DNA of 64,000 nt from Takakia lepidozioides (GCA_030704615.1 CM060733.1:75330001-75394000), one strand, 5' to 3'. Positions 24,001-38,019 are shown, numbered from the stretch's first letter. A program made the numbers and translations. The notes: a model not told the origin generated them from the letters alone.

Positions 24001-27000
24001 ACTCATAAAGTTCAACACTGCCTTTATGTTGATATACATACTACAGGATCTGCACAAGAAGCAAGAGTTCAAAAACCCACCTCAGAACCCCGCCACTTCG
24101 TGATATTAAGAAAGTCTTTGAGGCAGCCATGATAATACACACTGTGGGGTTGAAATGCATCCACTCTACTAAAAGCTAGAACATCTTTTGCAGCATCGTA
24201 GTACCTAGCATCCAGAATCCAGCGTCTAATCATCATGACTGGTGATTTGTCTGCTGTGTGAGGGGCAGAGAGAGCGATGAAAGAAAGGTACATCATCACA
24301 TCCATGAAAAGGTAGAGTGCAATGCAAGAACCAGTTGACCACTAACATGAACATAGCTGTAGTGTACCCATAACGACATAGTCCTGCAGCACACAAGCCC
24401 TCCAAAGCAAACTAAGGATTTCAGCATATGAGGTGACCCCACTGGTCATGCACAACCATGACAAAGCACTTCCAGGAAATCATGGCTGGCATGTAAATTT
24501 TCTAGTATACCAGAGGTGGATTCCAGAACCTCCCTCTAGCTGCAAAAAGGACTGAAAGTGCCACCTCTGAAACCCAAAGTAACCAAGGGTCATGAAGAAT
24601 AAACTTCAAATGGGATAGCCACACTAAAAAACAAAAACATAATTTTGTGATGAAGAACTCACAGAAAGGGACAGACGTATTTGTAGGTGTAAAGCTTTTG
24701 CCATTAGGCATATTTAGCTTCATAACATAAAATTCAACCCCCTCTCAGTTTTGTGACAATCTTGGTATCAAACTGCCATACTCTCAGACAGCCAGTGGCG
24801 TCCAACATGCAAGGCTTTCTGTAATGATCATGAGTACAGATATCTCACTGGGAGAGAATCTACTCAGAAGACTACGTTTGCCGTAGCCTTGTGGCCGCAG
24901 ACTCCGTGCCCAGTGTGGACTGAACAAAAGGGAACAGAAACTACCTTTGTGAGGATCTCACTCCGGTAGTGTGACTTACCTTGATAGAGACAATTAGTTC
25001 GGGTTTTCCAGGTATCCTCTAGAAAGCCCTTCACACAAGCATCAACTTGCTGTGTGTGAGCTGCCCAACAATTAGCCCCCAACAGGGCCAGGGCATTAGG
25101 CTCAACCTCAAGATTTTCAAAGTTGGTGAACAGAGGTGAAGGGACAATATTCTTGAAGGTCCTGAAGAGGGTCACTCTCTGGTGAGAATATCCTAGACAT
25201 TGTGTCAGAAAATATTGTCTTCAGTCTCTCACTGGGAGGGAGAGACAAAGAGCTTTGAAACATCCACGGAAAGCCCAGAGTGAGAGAGAAAGGTGCAGCA
25301 GTAATAGGAAGGGAAGCAGGATGTAGGTAACAATAGGGCTCAAGAGACAACCAAACCTGAAGGGTCGGTCAGAGGTGTAGAATTTCGGTTTGTCTGCCAA
25401 TGCAACAACGACATCAAATAGGTCTCTCCAGCACTCCCCGCAACTGCCATAGTCCTACCACCATCCCCAGTATGAACCCGTAAGTCTTGTTGGGAGAATG
25501 GAGACACAACATTTACACAACAGTTGCATAGGCACTACTTTAAAGTACTTGACTAAATCAGAATTTCTGGGGCAACAAACATGAGAAGAGAAAAACTAAC
25601 ATGGGGGGAAGAGATGCTCTTATGTTTCTTATTACAAAAGCTGCCCTCGTTTGCAGCGATCATCCATTGGAAGAAATTTATACTAGTTGTGACACCAGAT
25701 CCTTATATTTCCTAATATTCTAGATCTCCATAAAATAAGATAGTTCTAAACACTAGTGTCAATTGAGAATGTTCAGGTATATTGTATATGCGGACAAAGT
25801 TTTGAATTATTCAACTTTCAAGTAAAATTGAATCATGTGTCCCTTTTGGACGGCCACATTTGTTGCACAGCTGGCAAAGATATAGCCGGACAAAGTGTAG
25901 AGCGCGCCAGAGAGAGCAGATAAAGAGACTTGGGGGTAGGAGAAACAGGTCATAGTGTATTCGAAAGAATTACCTGGAAGAGATAACGCATGCCACCATC
26001 AACAAATGGGAAGGGCGAGTTGGTCAGAATGAAGAGCTTCTTGCCTCTCTCTTTCAGCATTCTCAGCATTTCGCACACATCATTCTGAGACCTCCCCACA
26101 GACACATGTCCAAACATTCCAGAATAAGTTCGACCACTTGCGATGCTTGCTGTGTTTGCACTAGTCTGAGTCCATCTGCAAGATTGTTGGTTGTTCAGTG
26201 AATAAGGATTTCCATCAACACATCTGCACATCTCCCCATTTGCTGACACAGTACTCCTCTGCTCTGTGTCTCTTCACATTAACTGGCCAGAAATACTCTC
26301 TCTCTCTCTCCCTCGAATGTGAATGTGTTCTTTGTAACACCACTCAAGATTTGCCTGATCCTTCGTACTCTGTCTCTCTCCCTCTATCCTTGAATATATG
26401 GCTAGCACCATTCTTGGCTTGTCGTGGTGATTGAGAAACTGCTTTGTGAGTTGGGCCCTGTAGCAGCAGCACACTATACCTTCTACATGATAAGGTCAAA
26501 GTACATTGCTCTTGTTGCTGGTCTAATGTATGCCTTGTATCGGAATTAGGAAACTTGAAAATGAGAGGCTTCAGGATTTTTCTCTCTCTCCCTCTTTTCT
26601 TCTCTCTTTCCTTGAATGTGGCTAACAGCACTCAAGAATTTCCAGAAACCGTTAGTCTGTTCAGGTACTTTTCTAGAACGGAACAGGATGATGGATAACG
26701 GGATGACTCACTAGGGTTTTCCTTGGGTCTTAACCCTAAAGAAGCAGCCCTAGGAGCAGGCAAGAGCTGAAGGAGCTGACTACCTTACTACTGAACTAGG
26801 ACTTCAAGCAAGGTATCCATTCAGACTCCTTAAACACTTTGAAAGGCTGCTTGGTATGACAACACAAAGAGTCGACACTGTGAAGGACTTACATGGACTT
26901 GACTAGCTCTACTTTGAATCTACGAATACTTAAGCAAACCAAGGGCCTCTATGTATGCCTTTGCTTGAGTACTTAGCTCTAGTCCTGTGATTGGGTGCTT

Positions 27001-29931
27001 ACTGTCAAGAGACCACCCACCCCCCTTTGGAGCATAGGCTGAAATAGGTGCTGCTGCTGAGTTGTGTACCTATTGTTGACTGAAATGGCTGAAAGGACCT
27101 CCCTTACCTCTCCTCTCTTTGCTACTATGACCTGCTACAGGGATGACATTGATAGGAAACGTGAAGTGGTTTAAGCCTGGGGTTCCACAGCGATCACTAA
27201 CCTGTTGGTTGGTTCGTTGGCTGTGATGGATCCAGGTGAGGTCACTTCACCTTCTTTTGTTGCAGGAAATGCTTGCTCTCTCAAACCTCAAATCCATTTG
27301 TAAGTGTTGATTGTGTACAGATACTACTGCTGTTTTGCTCTGAATGGTTTGATGGATCTATGAGCTTGTACCTACATGGAAAGGAGTTGTCTTTAAGGAG
27401 ACACTAATGCTCTTCCTACTTCTACTGTTGCTTCCTGTGACATGAAAGTGAGGAGGCAGATCTGGGTAGAGACAGTTTGATGGTGCCTAAATTAGGCTGT
27501 CTAATGTCGTGAAAAAGAGGTGAAAAAGAGGCAAACACAGCACATTATGCTTAGTGTTTCCTGTCTAGCTTTGACATGCTATGCAAATTGGTCTGTGTCT
27601 CTATCTCTCTCTCTCACACACACACTCACACACACACATGACCCATTACACATGACTAAAATATATACAATGACACAAATGAATAAAAACAGTAAAAATG
27701 AAAGGACAATGGCTGAGCATATTGAAATGGGTGCCCCTAATACAAACTGACATTTTTCACAAGGTATTTAGCAGGATCCATGAGAATTTCTGAGTGCATT
27801 CTGCCACTCCGGTGGACAAACTCAATGGAGCGTTTCACATCCTCATACACATAGGCAGCATCAAAGTCCATCTTCTGGTCCACGAAGTGTTGGATGACGT
27901 CTGATAGCAGGCACACCTGCATCCCCCAATGTGTCAGAATACCTGCTCCTCACCGTTTACTGAAACATTTTGTTAGTTGCTATGGACAGGTGTGGTATGT
28001 CTGCATGCACAACTGAAAAAAGATCATGTTAGGCATGGGGAAAAAATCTCAACACAAACTTCTCTACCTCACTGAGACAGAAGAGGTCCATCAAGGCAAC
28101 CAAATTGGGCATGTGGTCTATGCTTATGTGCTTCCCTCCGTATGCATTGTCCAATTCTCCTCGGCTCATCTGGAGACTCACATAACAGGCATTCAAGCAA
28201 AAGGTTACCATAACTTGTAATGCCGCTCGGATGCTAGATGTTCATCAGGACAAACAATCTTTCCTTCCCCTCTCTTCCCTTGAAGAAACTACCATGAAGG
28301 CCTCATGAATCTCAGCCATCAGTTGCATGCATATGGTAGGTGAAGAGAATTCTGGTCAGAATCAATTTTACAACCCTGCTAAGGTTTGACGGGTAGTATT
28401 TAGTCCATTATTGAGGACCTGATAAGATAATACCAGGATTGCACTTGACTGTCACTTACAGGTTCCTCCTGATCATTTAAGGAAGGATCTGCCAAACTCA
28501 TCTAAGAGTACTTGTGCAATCACTGACCATGCCCATACACAAGTGCATGCAAAAGATAGCATTGAGCAGAGATGCATTTACTTACTCTGCGGCGGCCGAA
28601 GAAGCAGCCTGCAGGCTCAACTGAATGGAAGAAATCAAGCTTCAACAAATACCCATTCTTTTTGTCATAATACAGACCCCGGATGGGAAACCCCGGATCG
28701 TACTCAAATCCCAAGCAGCTTTCTGGGTACCTGTGCTGTTTGCAACACCAATTCCCCCACCGTTGATAAGAAAAGAAGCAGCCCAACGTGATTGACAGTT
28801 GGGATTCATTCTCTGTGCCAACCCCATTAGATTGCGAGGCCAAGGAAAGCATCAGCAGGTTTCTGTCAATTCTTGTGCAACTACACTACTAGAAGGATCC
28901 GTACTATTATGAGGTATTGCATGGGCTTCACTTCCTCACCCTCTGAATTTGGATAATTTCCTCCTTCCAAAATGCAAACAGAGTCGACCCTGTCCAGCTT
29001 TCTGCTTTACCTTCACTCATTTTCTTTAGGTAGGACATAAAGAACCGCAGCCACAAGAGGCTGTCCATGTAGTTTCAGTTCAAAAACTCAAATGCCTCAC
29101 CTCATGCACAAGGTGCTCCTTTGCTAGCTTGTAGATCAGGGACTGCAAATTCTCCGTGTAGTGGGCCAGAGTATAATCATAATCAAAACCATATACTTGT
29201 ATCCGGTCCAATCTAAGATTGTGGTTTGCATACACACCTGCCATCACACTCATCCCCCATCCAGGGTTACTATTCCGGCCAAGGTTGCTCATTACAAAAG
29301 TTGCTTGCTTGAGCAACTTGGGTAAATAGAGCAAAGAGAACAAAGAAAATGAAAAACGTAGAAAAGAGACGTCTGTCAGAGATGACTAAAATACAATAGA
29401 AAGAGGAAGAGGAAGAGGAAGAGGAAGAGAGTATACAAGGGATGAGACAAGGGGCAGAAAGAGGGGTATCCGTTACCCAGCGCAAGGTCGCTACAAACGG
29501 CCCACCCAGGAGAGGACATACTAACCATTCGGGTTCATTTTAGGCATGTCATGGAGAGCTTGAGGGATAGCATCAAAGCATTGCCGCACAGCCTCAAACT
29601 CTGCTTTGAGCTTCCTTGCATCCCCTGTCATCTCTCCCGGAACCGTTGAATATGTCCTACTCCCTGCGTCTCCTACACCCCCGGGAATTTCCCCAGCCTC
29701 TGAGATATCCCTGCAGTTGGCCCTGCATCCCTCGAACGGCACCCAATCTCCTGAGTGTGTCCGCAAACCGCGTGCAACACTGTGGGAGATACTCAGCTCA
29801 CAAACATGAGGCCCCTTCATTGCATTAGAGAAATGTAATTTGTGTTGCCACAATGTATCCCTCCTACTGGCATGAACATTGTCTCTCAAGCGACCCAAAC
29901 TGGGCACCAACCATCGTCTGTATATCATCAT
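21037..29931 (-). CDS. HAD-superfamily cytosolic 5'-nucleotidase domain protein (NT5DC/cN-II-like), 12 exons, 601 aa, long N-terminal extension (possible organellar transit peptide)
   Basis: Exons with GT-AG borders and consistent phase: 29931-29526, 29237-29101, 28735-28586, 28169-28068, 27916-27752, 26084-25974, 25454-25357, 24204-24081, 23667-23578, 23126-23082, 22711-22388, 21090-21037 (1806 nt). HAD motifs GFDYDYTLAHY, LTNS, KPKFY, YFGDHLYSD, YADVYTS. The start codon and last exon are the least certain parts. Confidence 0.93.
21715..22260 (-). mobile_element. Intronic 3' fragment of a probable non-LTR retrotransposon (copy A)
   Basis: Cys-rich CPICGQPEDNIHCL, then VTLFRMIKNIV..ALALLGSNFCAAHTQQIDACVK..WKARTNCLY, ending in tail GGCCACAAGGCTACGGCAAAC. 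Homologous to 24875-25185. Confidence 0.55.
24875..25185 (-). mobile_element. Intronic 3' fragment of the same family (copy B)
   Basis: TLFRTFKNIV..ALALLGANCWAAHTQQVDACVK..WKTRTNCLYQGKS, with the same 3' tail GGCCACAAGGCTACGGCAAAC. Confidence 0.55.
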
Positions 29932-30769
29932 GGGCCGCCTGCTACTGAGACAGTAGAAAAAGATGTCTTGCAAACGCTTGATTGCTGCACTGACGTCGCA
30001 GAGCTTCCATAGTCCAAATAATTGCCTACTAGAACATCGTCCGCTCCAAGCAAGCCGCCCTCTCGCACTCCATCCTGGGATCGCTTGCTCAACTCACCCG
30101 GAAATCAAGCCTTCTGTTCCCACCGACCTGAACTTAGGGTTAGGTTTAGGTTTTAGAAAGGTTTAGCCAGATCAACTGTCCTCGCCAAGTGCACAGCTGC
30201 ACTGCACCGAGGGCAGGTTGCTGCTCCGTCATTCCATTTTGGTTCTCAGCTCCACTTTTGATGTTTGCTTCCAGATGAAGAACTGTCATTTCAATTTTCC
30301 AAGCACTTGACAAAGGCTTTCAAATAACGTTTTGGAAACCTTGGGGTGAGGTTCTCGTTGTGGAAACTGCCAACTGGGAAGCACGCATGCTTCAAACGCA
30401 TTGGGGTACAGTCCTGGTGTTCAGCTTTGAAAGTCTTAGAACCCGTGTTGAGTCCACAAAATTTGATAGCGACAAGATCACTACCCGGAGATTTGGGGTC
30501 ATGCTCATGGCGGTCATCTCGTATTTTATCTCGTCCTCACTCTCCCGATTTTGAACTGAGGTGCAGGGACATGTGATTGATGGTCGTCAGTGAAGAAGGA
30601 TGCCCCAGACATGGTCACACAGAACACGGAAATTGTGTTGAGCCGCCCGCACACCGGGCATGCACCTTCCGACTCATCTCTGCATCTCCCCGCCCTCATT
30701 TAAATTTCAGTCCAGTGCATTGACATCCGAAGCTCAGTATAAAGTGTTGTTCTATCACGTATGACGAGG

Positions 30770-30972
30770 TCACAGTCTGTAGCTCAGTTTGATAGGGCAC
30801 AGAGTGCCACCCAGGTGATTCTGGGTTCACATCCTGCTACCGTGTTGGGTGTGCTATCATCTTCTCCCGCTTCCCGTCCCTTGAGCCTTGTGCGCCTCAA
30901 AGCTCCTCTCGCTGATTTGTGAGGGGAGCAAGGTGTTTCCAAAAAGAATGAGCCCTTTTTTTTCTTTATTTT
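30770..30972 (+). mobile_element. tRNA-derived SINE candidate / tRNA pseudogene
   Basis: TAGCTCAGTTTGA A-box (30780) and GGTTCACATCC B-box (30824). CCAGGTGATTCTGGGTTC resembles CTGGGTGATCCTGGGTTC in the 12.5-kb copy. T-rich tail. Confidence 0.45.
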
Positions 30973-31701
30973 TGGGCGGAAGGGGAACGGTGCCCCAGAA
31001 TTGCATTGCAGGAGGTGGAAAAAAAAAACCACCAAAAGGGACGTGAAGGCTTGTAGAGGGGACTCGAGCCCCACCCTCTTGAGCCTTTAAATCAAATTGT
31101 CAGTTAGGTATTTGTAACCCTCACGGATGGTTTTTATTTATTTATTGGATCCTCCCTCAAAAGGAGACCACGCATCAGCGCTCCCAGGTTTTTTTCTTTT
31201 TTTTTAATTTTAAAGGGGATGAAGCCCCAGTCTTTTATTAATAACGGGAAAAAATAAACCCATGTGGGACCATAAGGCATGCACACTTGACGGTGAGGGA
31301 CCAACCCATAGTCTTTTAACGGAGAGAGAACCGTCCTAGAGGATGAATGATAAATCCTACGATTGAGAGCTATAGCAAGGAAAAGCCACGAGCGATAGTA
31401 GAAGCTCACGAGATGCGAACTCCCGAATGAGGGCTAGGATTAGAAACAAAGCCAGCAAGCTCAGACTAAGACCTAGTACCACGGCGATCAAGAGAGGATC
31501 ATTCAAGAACCGAGCAAAAAGGAAAGCAGGGCTGCCAGGATTGGCAGGAGAGCCTCAAAAAGCAGCGAGAAGAGAGATTTGGAGGATAACATAGGGGACA
31601 GAGAAAAAAGTCTTAGCAGGGGAACCAAAGAGGAGACCATCAAAATCGTGCGAGGCAGCAGAGCTAAGGAAGAACGAAACAACAATAGCTATAGCAGCTG
31701 C

Positions 31702-34700
31702 CTACTTTTCGAAGCCAAGCCGAGTCGAGCTTTTGCCCTTGAGGTGTTTCCAGTTGATTTCCCTATCAAACTCCGGTGAGTCATGGAAGTGTAATAATTG
31801 CCCCCTGCCAGGAGACTGGTGGGCTCCTGGCCCAGATGATGCTTGACGACGTAGAGCAGCCAGGCATAAGATGTCATCTTTCCCCCATGAACATTTGAAT
31901 TTGCTGAAGAGCTTATATTCAGCCTCTGGATCCCTGCAGATGTCTGCAATCATTTTTGCCCATGCCTTCCTACCCTCAATTTGCACTTCATTGAAAATTG
32001 AAGCCAAAACAACAGAGAGACATGATTTTTCCCTGCTTAGAGTCCATGAACATCTAACTTTCCAGATGTTCCATAGAGAAATGGATCTGAATGCTTCAAA
32101 AACCGAACAATGACTGTGAATGCTATGTAGAATGCCATCGTAGTTAAGAAGTTTGTGGGTTGCGGATAGGGTTCCAGGTTCCCAAATCTGCATGATAGAG
32201 GAAAGGCATGGCCATGTTTTCGATGGGATACTGCAGCAGAGAAGACAGTGTTCCAGAGTTTCTGTTAACCCCATGCTGCAGCATTTGCATATCAAGGCCA
32301 ACCAGACACCCACTTTGAGTACCCTGTTGGCTACCTGCCATAGGAAGGCTGCCACTTTGGCCAGCCTTGTCTTAATCCAAATGTTGGCCAATATGAGGTT
32401 CCATCTGGCATGATCTGGGCTGTAGCCAGCCCATTTAGAGGCCCATTTCTCATGAAATTGCTGAGGTTTAAGTAACAAACGGTATGCAGCCCTAGCTGAG
32501 TAATTGAAGAACGAATGGCAGGTGGTTCCGAAGTTCCAAGACCATTCTTTTGGGTCCACCATTACGCCCATCAGTGGCACCCCTTCCACCCAAAGAAATA
32601 ATTGAGATGAGATCCAGGTAGTTAATGGTTGGTTCATTGGAGCACTAGGGTTCATGTCTTTGTCAGGAGAAGACCAATGACAGATCCGGACAGGAGTGAA
32701 TTGCCTATCAGAGATGGTCACAGGATTCTCTGACTCCATTGTAAGAAAGTTTGATAGCTCAATTTTGTTTAGAACTATGCCTCTGAAGAGGTTTGGCCTG
32801 GCTTCCGTGATGTAGATAACTTGATGAAGAGATGAAGAGCACGTGACCCAGCTGCCGGAGCTGGCCTGATTAGGACCAGCCGAGAGGGATGGAACCCAGT
32901 TGACAAGAATATTTTGAAGTATGTGCTGGTAACCTGACACTACTACGTTTAGGGGGGGGGTTAGCGACACCGGGACGCTGGGCGCGCCGGACGCGCCGAC
33001 CCCCCTGCGACTGCAGCGTCGCGCAGGCGCCCGGCCCCGGACTTGTGACGTCGGGGCGTCGCAACGCCGGCGCTCGGACGACGTTGTGCATCTTGCGATG
33101 CCATGCCATCGTCGGAAAGGGGCCTGACCCCATTCCCCCGCCAACGCGCTGGGGGGGTTGCGACGCCCTAGCGTCGCAACAATTCGCTGCGACGCCACCG
33201 GGATGCTGCGACGGCCGGGCGCTCTTGCGACGGCGGGGAATCGTAATGCGGAAAATTGATTCTGGGAGTAGATTGTAGAGCATAATGGGCTTGGCATCCT
33301 CAGACTACAGTCATTGTCCAACAATAAGTTGCAATGCAGTTTTGCAAAACTTAGGCCATTGATAGATATTTGTTCTTGAAGAACTCTGGGGATAAGTCTC
33401 GGTGCAAGTTCCAGCTGTGATAGCTCCTGTAGAACGCATAATCTGCAACACAATGATAAGATTGAGATAATGGTAGTCACTAGGAGCTAACTTTTGATAT
33501 GTATATATATACTTGGACTGTTTTTGTGATACATAGATGTATTGTAGATTTGTTGGTTAGTGTGTAGTATTGTCTTAGAAATGTTATAATGTGGAGGTCC
33601 TAGGTTCAAGTATGCATTGCCTAATATATGTAGAACAATGTGTGAACTGCCATTAGACAAAACCAGAGTCAATGGTCAATGCCGAATGAATGGTTAACTG
33701 GTTTTTGAAATTCAAATTCAAATGTACCCCCCAAACTGTGACATCTGGGGGTCGCATTTACGACCCCCGGACGTCCCTAATGTGGCATCGCAGAAAAATA
33801 AATAAATAAATAAATAAAATTGCGATGCCCGGACGTTGCAAGTTGCACCGGCGCCGCGGCCGGGGGGTCCCGGGGGCTTGCGATTCCCCGACGACGCTAA
33901 TTAGCAATGTCTCTGCGACTTCCCAACGTCGCAAAATGCCCCCGGCGCGCCCCGGGCGCCATAGAGTATTTCCGTCGCTAATCACGACGGTTGGAGGTTG
34001 TTGGGGCATCGCTAAACCCCCACCCCCCCAAACGTAGAAGTGTGATGACCCTCTTTGAGTTCCTACTATGGCCCAAATTTGGTCCATTGGCAGGAAAGCC
34101 AGGCCTCCCCATATGTCATTGATCTGACTTATATTTAGTTTATCCCAGGCCGAGTATTTTGCAGCAGATGCTCTGTCAACAGGTGATGGGTTGTTCGAGT
34201 TGAGGGTAAGGTACTACCGCATAGTTTCCTCATAAGATTTAAGATCATCTTTGACCAAACGAGGACGGATAGAACCCCAAATCTCCCATATGGCTCTCCA
34301 TAAGGGGGATCCACGCGATTTATGCTTGAATCTTTGCGTGATCCATCTGAGAGATGGGTTCCATGTTTTGGATTTGAGAGGGGAGCTATTGAGAATGTGT
34401 TGATAAATCAGGTGCTTCCACAAGCCACCTTCAGGCCCCAAAAGTATAACAACCCATTTTCCCAATAGTGCTGAAATCTGAGTTCCAGGATCAATGATCC
34501 CCAAGCCACCTTTGTTTTTCGGGAGACAAATCTGGGCCCAAGAGACTGCTGGTCTTGGGTTCCTGGTATTTGAATCTGCTCCCCAAATGAAGTTACGAAT
34601 GGTTTTTTTGATCTCTCTGATCTGCGGAGCCGAGGGACTCCAAACAGATGCAAAGTACCATATACTGGCAAGCAAGATTTGGTTGGCTACAAGAGCCCTG

Positions 34701-37172
34701 CCAGTAATGGAAAGATGACGGGAGCCCCAATAAACCAGTTTCTTTTGGAGTTTGGCTATGACATGGCCCATTTGTTGATCATCTGAAAGATTTATCCCAA
34801 ATGGGTGGCCCAACAAAGTTGTTACTTCTCCATTTTGCAGCCAGTTTAGACCAAGAGAACCTCCCCAGTTGGGTTTGAATCCAACAGGGGCAGCGGTTGA
34901 GTCACCAGCCAGGATGGCCACTGTTTTTGCCCAGTTCACTTGGAATCCAGTGGCTTCACAAAAAGTGGCCAGAGTTTCAGATGCCTCATGTAGGTTGGAA
35001 TCCGTTGCTTGAAGGTATAAGACTGTGTCATCTACAAACATCGAGTCTTTGATCTGGAGGTTGTTGGCTTGGGTTTGAATTTTGAGCCCTGTTATGTTTG
35101 GGTTACTGTCCATGAGGTAACCTAGTGAGTCCGCCACTATAAGGAAGAGGAAAGGTGCCAGTGGGCACCCTTGACGAACTGAACTTTGGAGGTTGAATTC
35201 CTTGGATAAGAATCCGTTAATAGAAACCCTACTGGATGTATTGAGAAGTAGGATTGCTACCCAGTGACAAAAGTCTTTAGAGAGACCTGTTTTTTGGATT
35301 GCTGCAAACAACATTGGCCACTCCACCTTATCAAATGCTTTCTTGAAATCCAGGAGAAGCATGGCTATATGTTGTCCCGTGGCCTTTGCATAGATTGGTG
35401 TTTCTTGAGCTAGTAGTATGTTGTCCAAGATATATCTACCTTTGATGAATCCTGCTTGGCCAAGCCTTATGATTGTAGGGAAGAGAGGCTGGAGGCAAAG
35501 GGCTAATGTCTTAGCAATGATCTTGTATGAAACATTGAGCAGTGTTATAGGCCTGTAATTGGAAATCTGTTTTTTGTCCCTCTTTTTGTAGAGCAGAGTT
35601 ATCACCCCCTGAGCCATTTGTCTTGGCATGGATTTTTTATTTTTATTTTTTTACCTCGTTTGCCATTGCACAGAAGTCTTTGGAAATAACCTCCCAAAGT
35701 GTGCTATAAAATTCTACTGGCATTCCATCCATGCCCAGGGATTTACGTTTTGACATCGATTCCAAGGCTTTTGAATCCTTACAAACTTATCATGAATCCA
35801 GGCATAACCTAGAAGCCTTCAACTCTCTGAGGGAGCAGAAGTCCAACTGGGCTTCAAAGGGGGAAAAAATGTCGAAATACTTCTTCGAAAAAGTCCAGGT
35901 TCGCAGAACATCCCAGATAATCTCAAAGCTGCAGGACCCACTGGGTCATCTTTCCTCGGATCCCAAACAATTGGTCTCTACGGCTCATTCCCACTTTGCT
36001 GGGCTCTTCAAACAAAGACCAGAAACCCAAAGCATTTCATCAGCCAGACAAGCCTGCTTGCAAAGCCATCAAACCAAGCTCTCCTAATCAAGCGTTGCCT
36101 CACAGGATGGTGAGTTTACTGAAGTTACAGAAGTATCTAATTTTCCGAGTTCAAGGAGCGTTTGGCAAGTTCCAAGACATTTCTTGAGGGCAATGGCTTT
36201 ACGCTGCCTTTGGATTGCAATCTGGGCACTCAGGGCTTGAGTTGTGATGGCTGTTTGCTTCAGTTTGGCTTGAAACCTCTCAATAGGGCAAATAACCCCG
36301 TTGGCTGATGTGGCCCATGCCGATTGAAGAGCAAGTTTAAAGGCAGAAAAAGGCAGCAAGGATGAATTGAGCTTAAACCAACCTTTGCCCCTTTTTGGCA
36401 GGTTAGGGAGATTGATTTGACAAGAGATGCTGGCGTGGTCGAACTCCTAGAAAATAGGCTCTTGCGGGAGCATTGTGGCCCATGGGGAAAGTCTGGGAGA
36501 GAGGTAAAGCCTGTCCAACCTAGCCAACAAGACATCTGGACCTGTCCTAGTATTTGTCCAAGTGAAACAAGGATGACTGTTGGCTGCCCTAGTCCTATGT
36601 GGTTCAGACAGCGAGAAGTTGTTTCTAATTCTTTGCCATGCAGTGGCTTCCCCATCACCTAGACCTGGGGTATCAGCACCGAGCCTATCCATCATATTTT
36701 CAACCATATTGAGGTCACCCATTAATAGCTAGTGCTCCACTGAGACCTCTGCCTCCATTTTTGAGTGAAGGATTGACCAAAAAGCCTCCCTTTCGGAGGA
36801 CGAGTTTGGAGCATACAGGTTAACGATGCTTATGGTTCCTGCAACGTTGGGGACTTGGATTGCAATGAATTGAGCTCTGCCCAAAAACCATACTTCCTCT
36901 TTTTGTATCAACGCTGCTATTGAGGGGGATAGAAGCGTCGCCGTACCACCCCTTGAGCCCTCAATTGTTGGTTTCCAAAAGCTGTTGGCCGCAGGCCATA
37001 GCTGATCCCCCAAGGAAGAGATTTTTGCTAGATCAAGTTTGTGCTCTTGTAATAGTATAATGGCTTCTTGGTTCATTAATGGAGCAAGCCAGGTTTTGAG
37101 CTTTGCTTTCTTGAGGGAGGAATGACTCAATCCAATCCCTTTGATATTCCATGAGTGTATTTTAACTAGCAT
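31702..37172 (-). pseudogene. LINE ORF2 (endonuclease, reverse transcriptase, zf-RVT), disrupted by stops, an inversion and a CACTA insertion
   Basis: SWNIKG, LQEHK, NLYAPN, MGDLN, ARLDRLY (EN); NYRPITLLN, LDFKKAFDKV, RQGCPLAP, FVDDT (RT); CKCC..ETLEHCLLCC, LWNIWKVRC (zf-RVT). Confidence 0.9.
32938..34042. mobile_element. Non-autonomous CACTA (En/Spm) element inserted in LINE ORF2
   Basis: TIRs CACTACTACGTTT / AAACGTAGAAGTG (1 mismatch). 3-bp TSD TGA (32935-37 and 34043-45). GC-rich subterminal GCGACG/CGTCGC repeats. Removing it restores the LINE frame (..GTQRGSS|GYQHILQ..). Confidence 0.92.
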
Positions 37173-38019
37173 TTGAGGGTAGGGTAAGGCCAAGAGTTGG
37201 ACTCTTATTTGATGGCCATGTGGATGAAAAAGAGAATCTTGCCCGTTTATCTGAAGGAAGCAGTGAACGTTCCCAGACCAGGTTTTTTGGGAGTTTTCGA
37301 TGGGGTGACAGGAGTTGAATGAATAAGGTTGGGGGCTGGTTCCTGAATGAGTCCAATGGAGGTCACTATGGATTGCGTCTGGTTGGAGAATAGTCACAGG
37401 GTTGATTGGTTTCCAGATGGGCCTGATCGTGTAGTTTGAGAGTTCCACCATAGCATGGGAAGGGTTTTGATTTTTTCCCCCTTTTTGCTGAGAGGCTTCC
37501 TCCATAGAACCATACAGCGTTGCGGATCTCTAGCTTTTCTTGAGAAGATGAAGACAATGAGTGGATTGGGGAGTACCTGAGCCTCCATGGTGGCTGGTTG
37601 TCTTGGGATAGAGGGATTGAGAACAAGCAAGGCTTGGTTGAGTTTGGATTTGCCCTTGCCAGTTGCAGGCGTCGCCCGAACGTCAGCAGCATCCAAGGAG
37701 CATACCTTGACTGACTCCAACGAATCCTTCGAAAGACTGGCTGAAGATCCTGCCATGGTGAAATGCATGCCCGCCTCCAACTCCAACAGGGCATGGAGCA
37801 ATGCAAAGCCATTGTGAAGCGTATCCTTTGTTTGAAACTGAGCCTATTGTGTACACCATGGTTCCGAACAGCTCTTTTCCCGGACCCATATGTCACAAAG
37901 TGGTGGCAAATTAGAGCAGTGCTCCACGTTTATGAGGGCCAGTACCTGTGTGGATGGGCCGTCACTTAAACCAAGGTATGCCTCGATGTAGGATGCCCAC
38001 GAGATTGGAACCTCCCCTG

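Noticed and set aside
30770-30850. Functional tRNA gene
   Set aside because: A and B boxes are present, but I could not form an acceptor stem or an anticodon arm.
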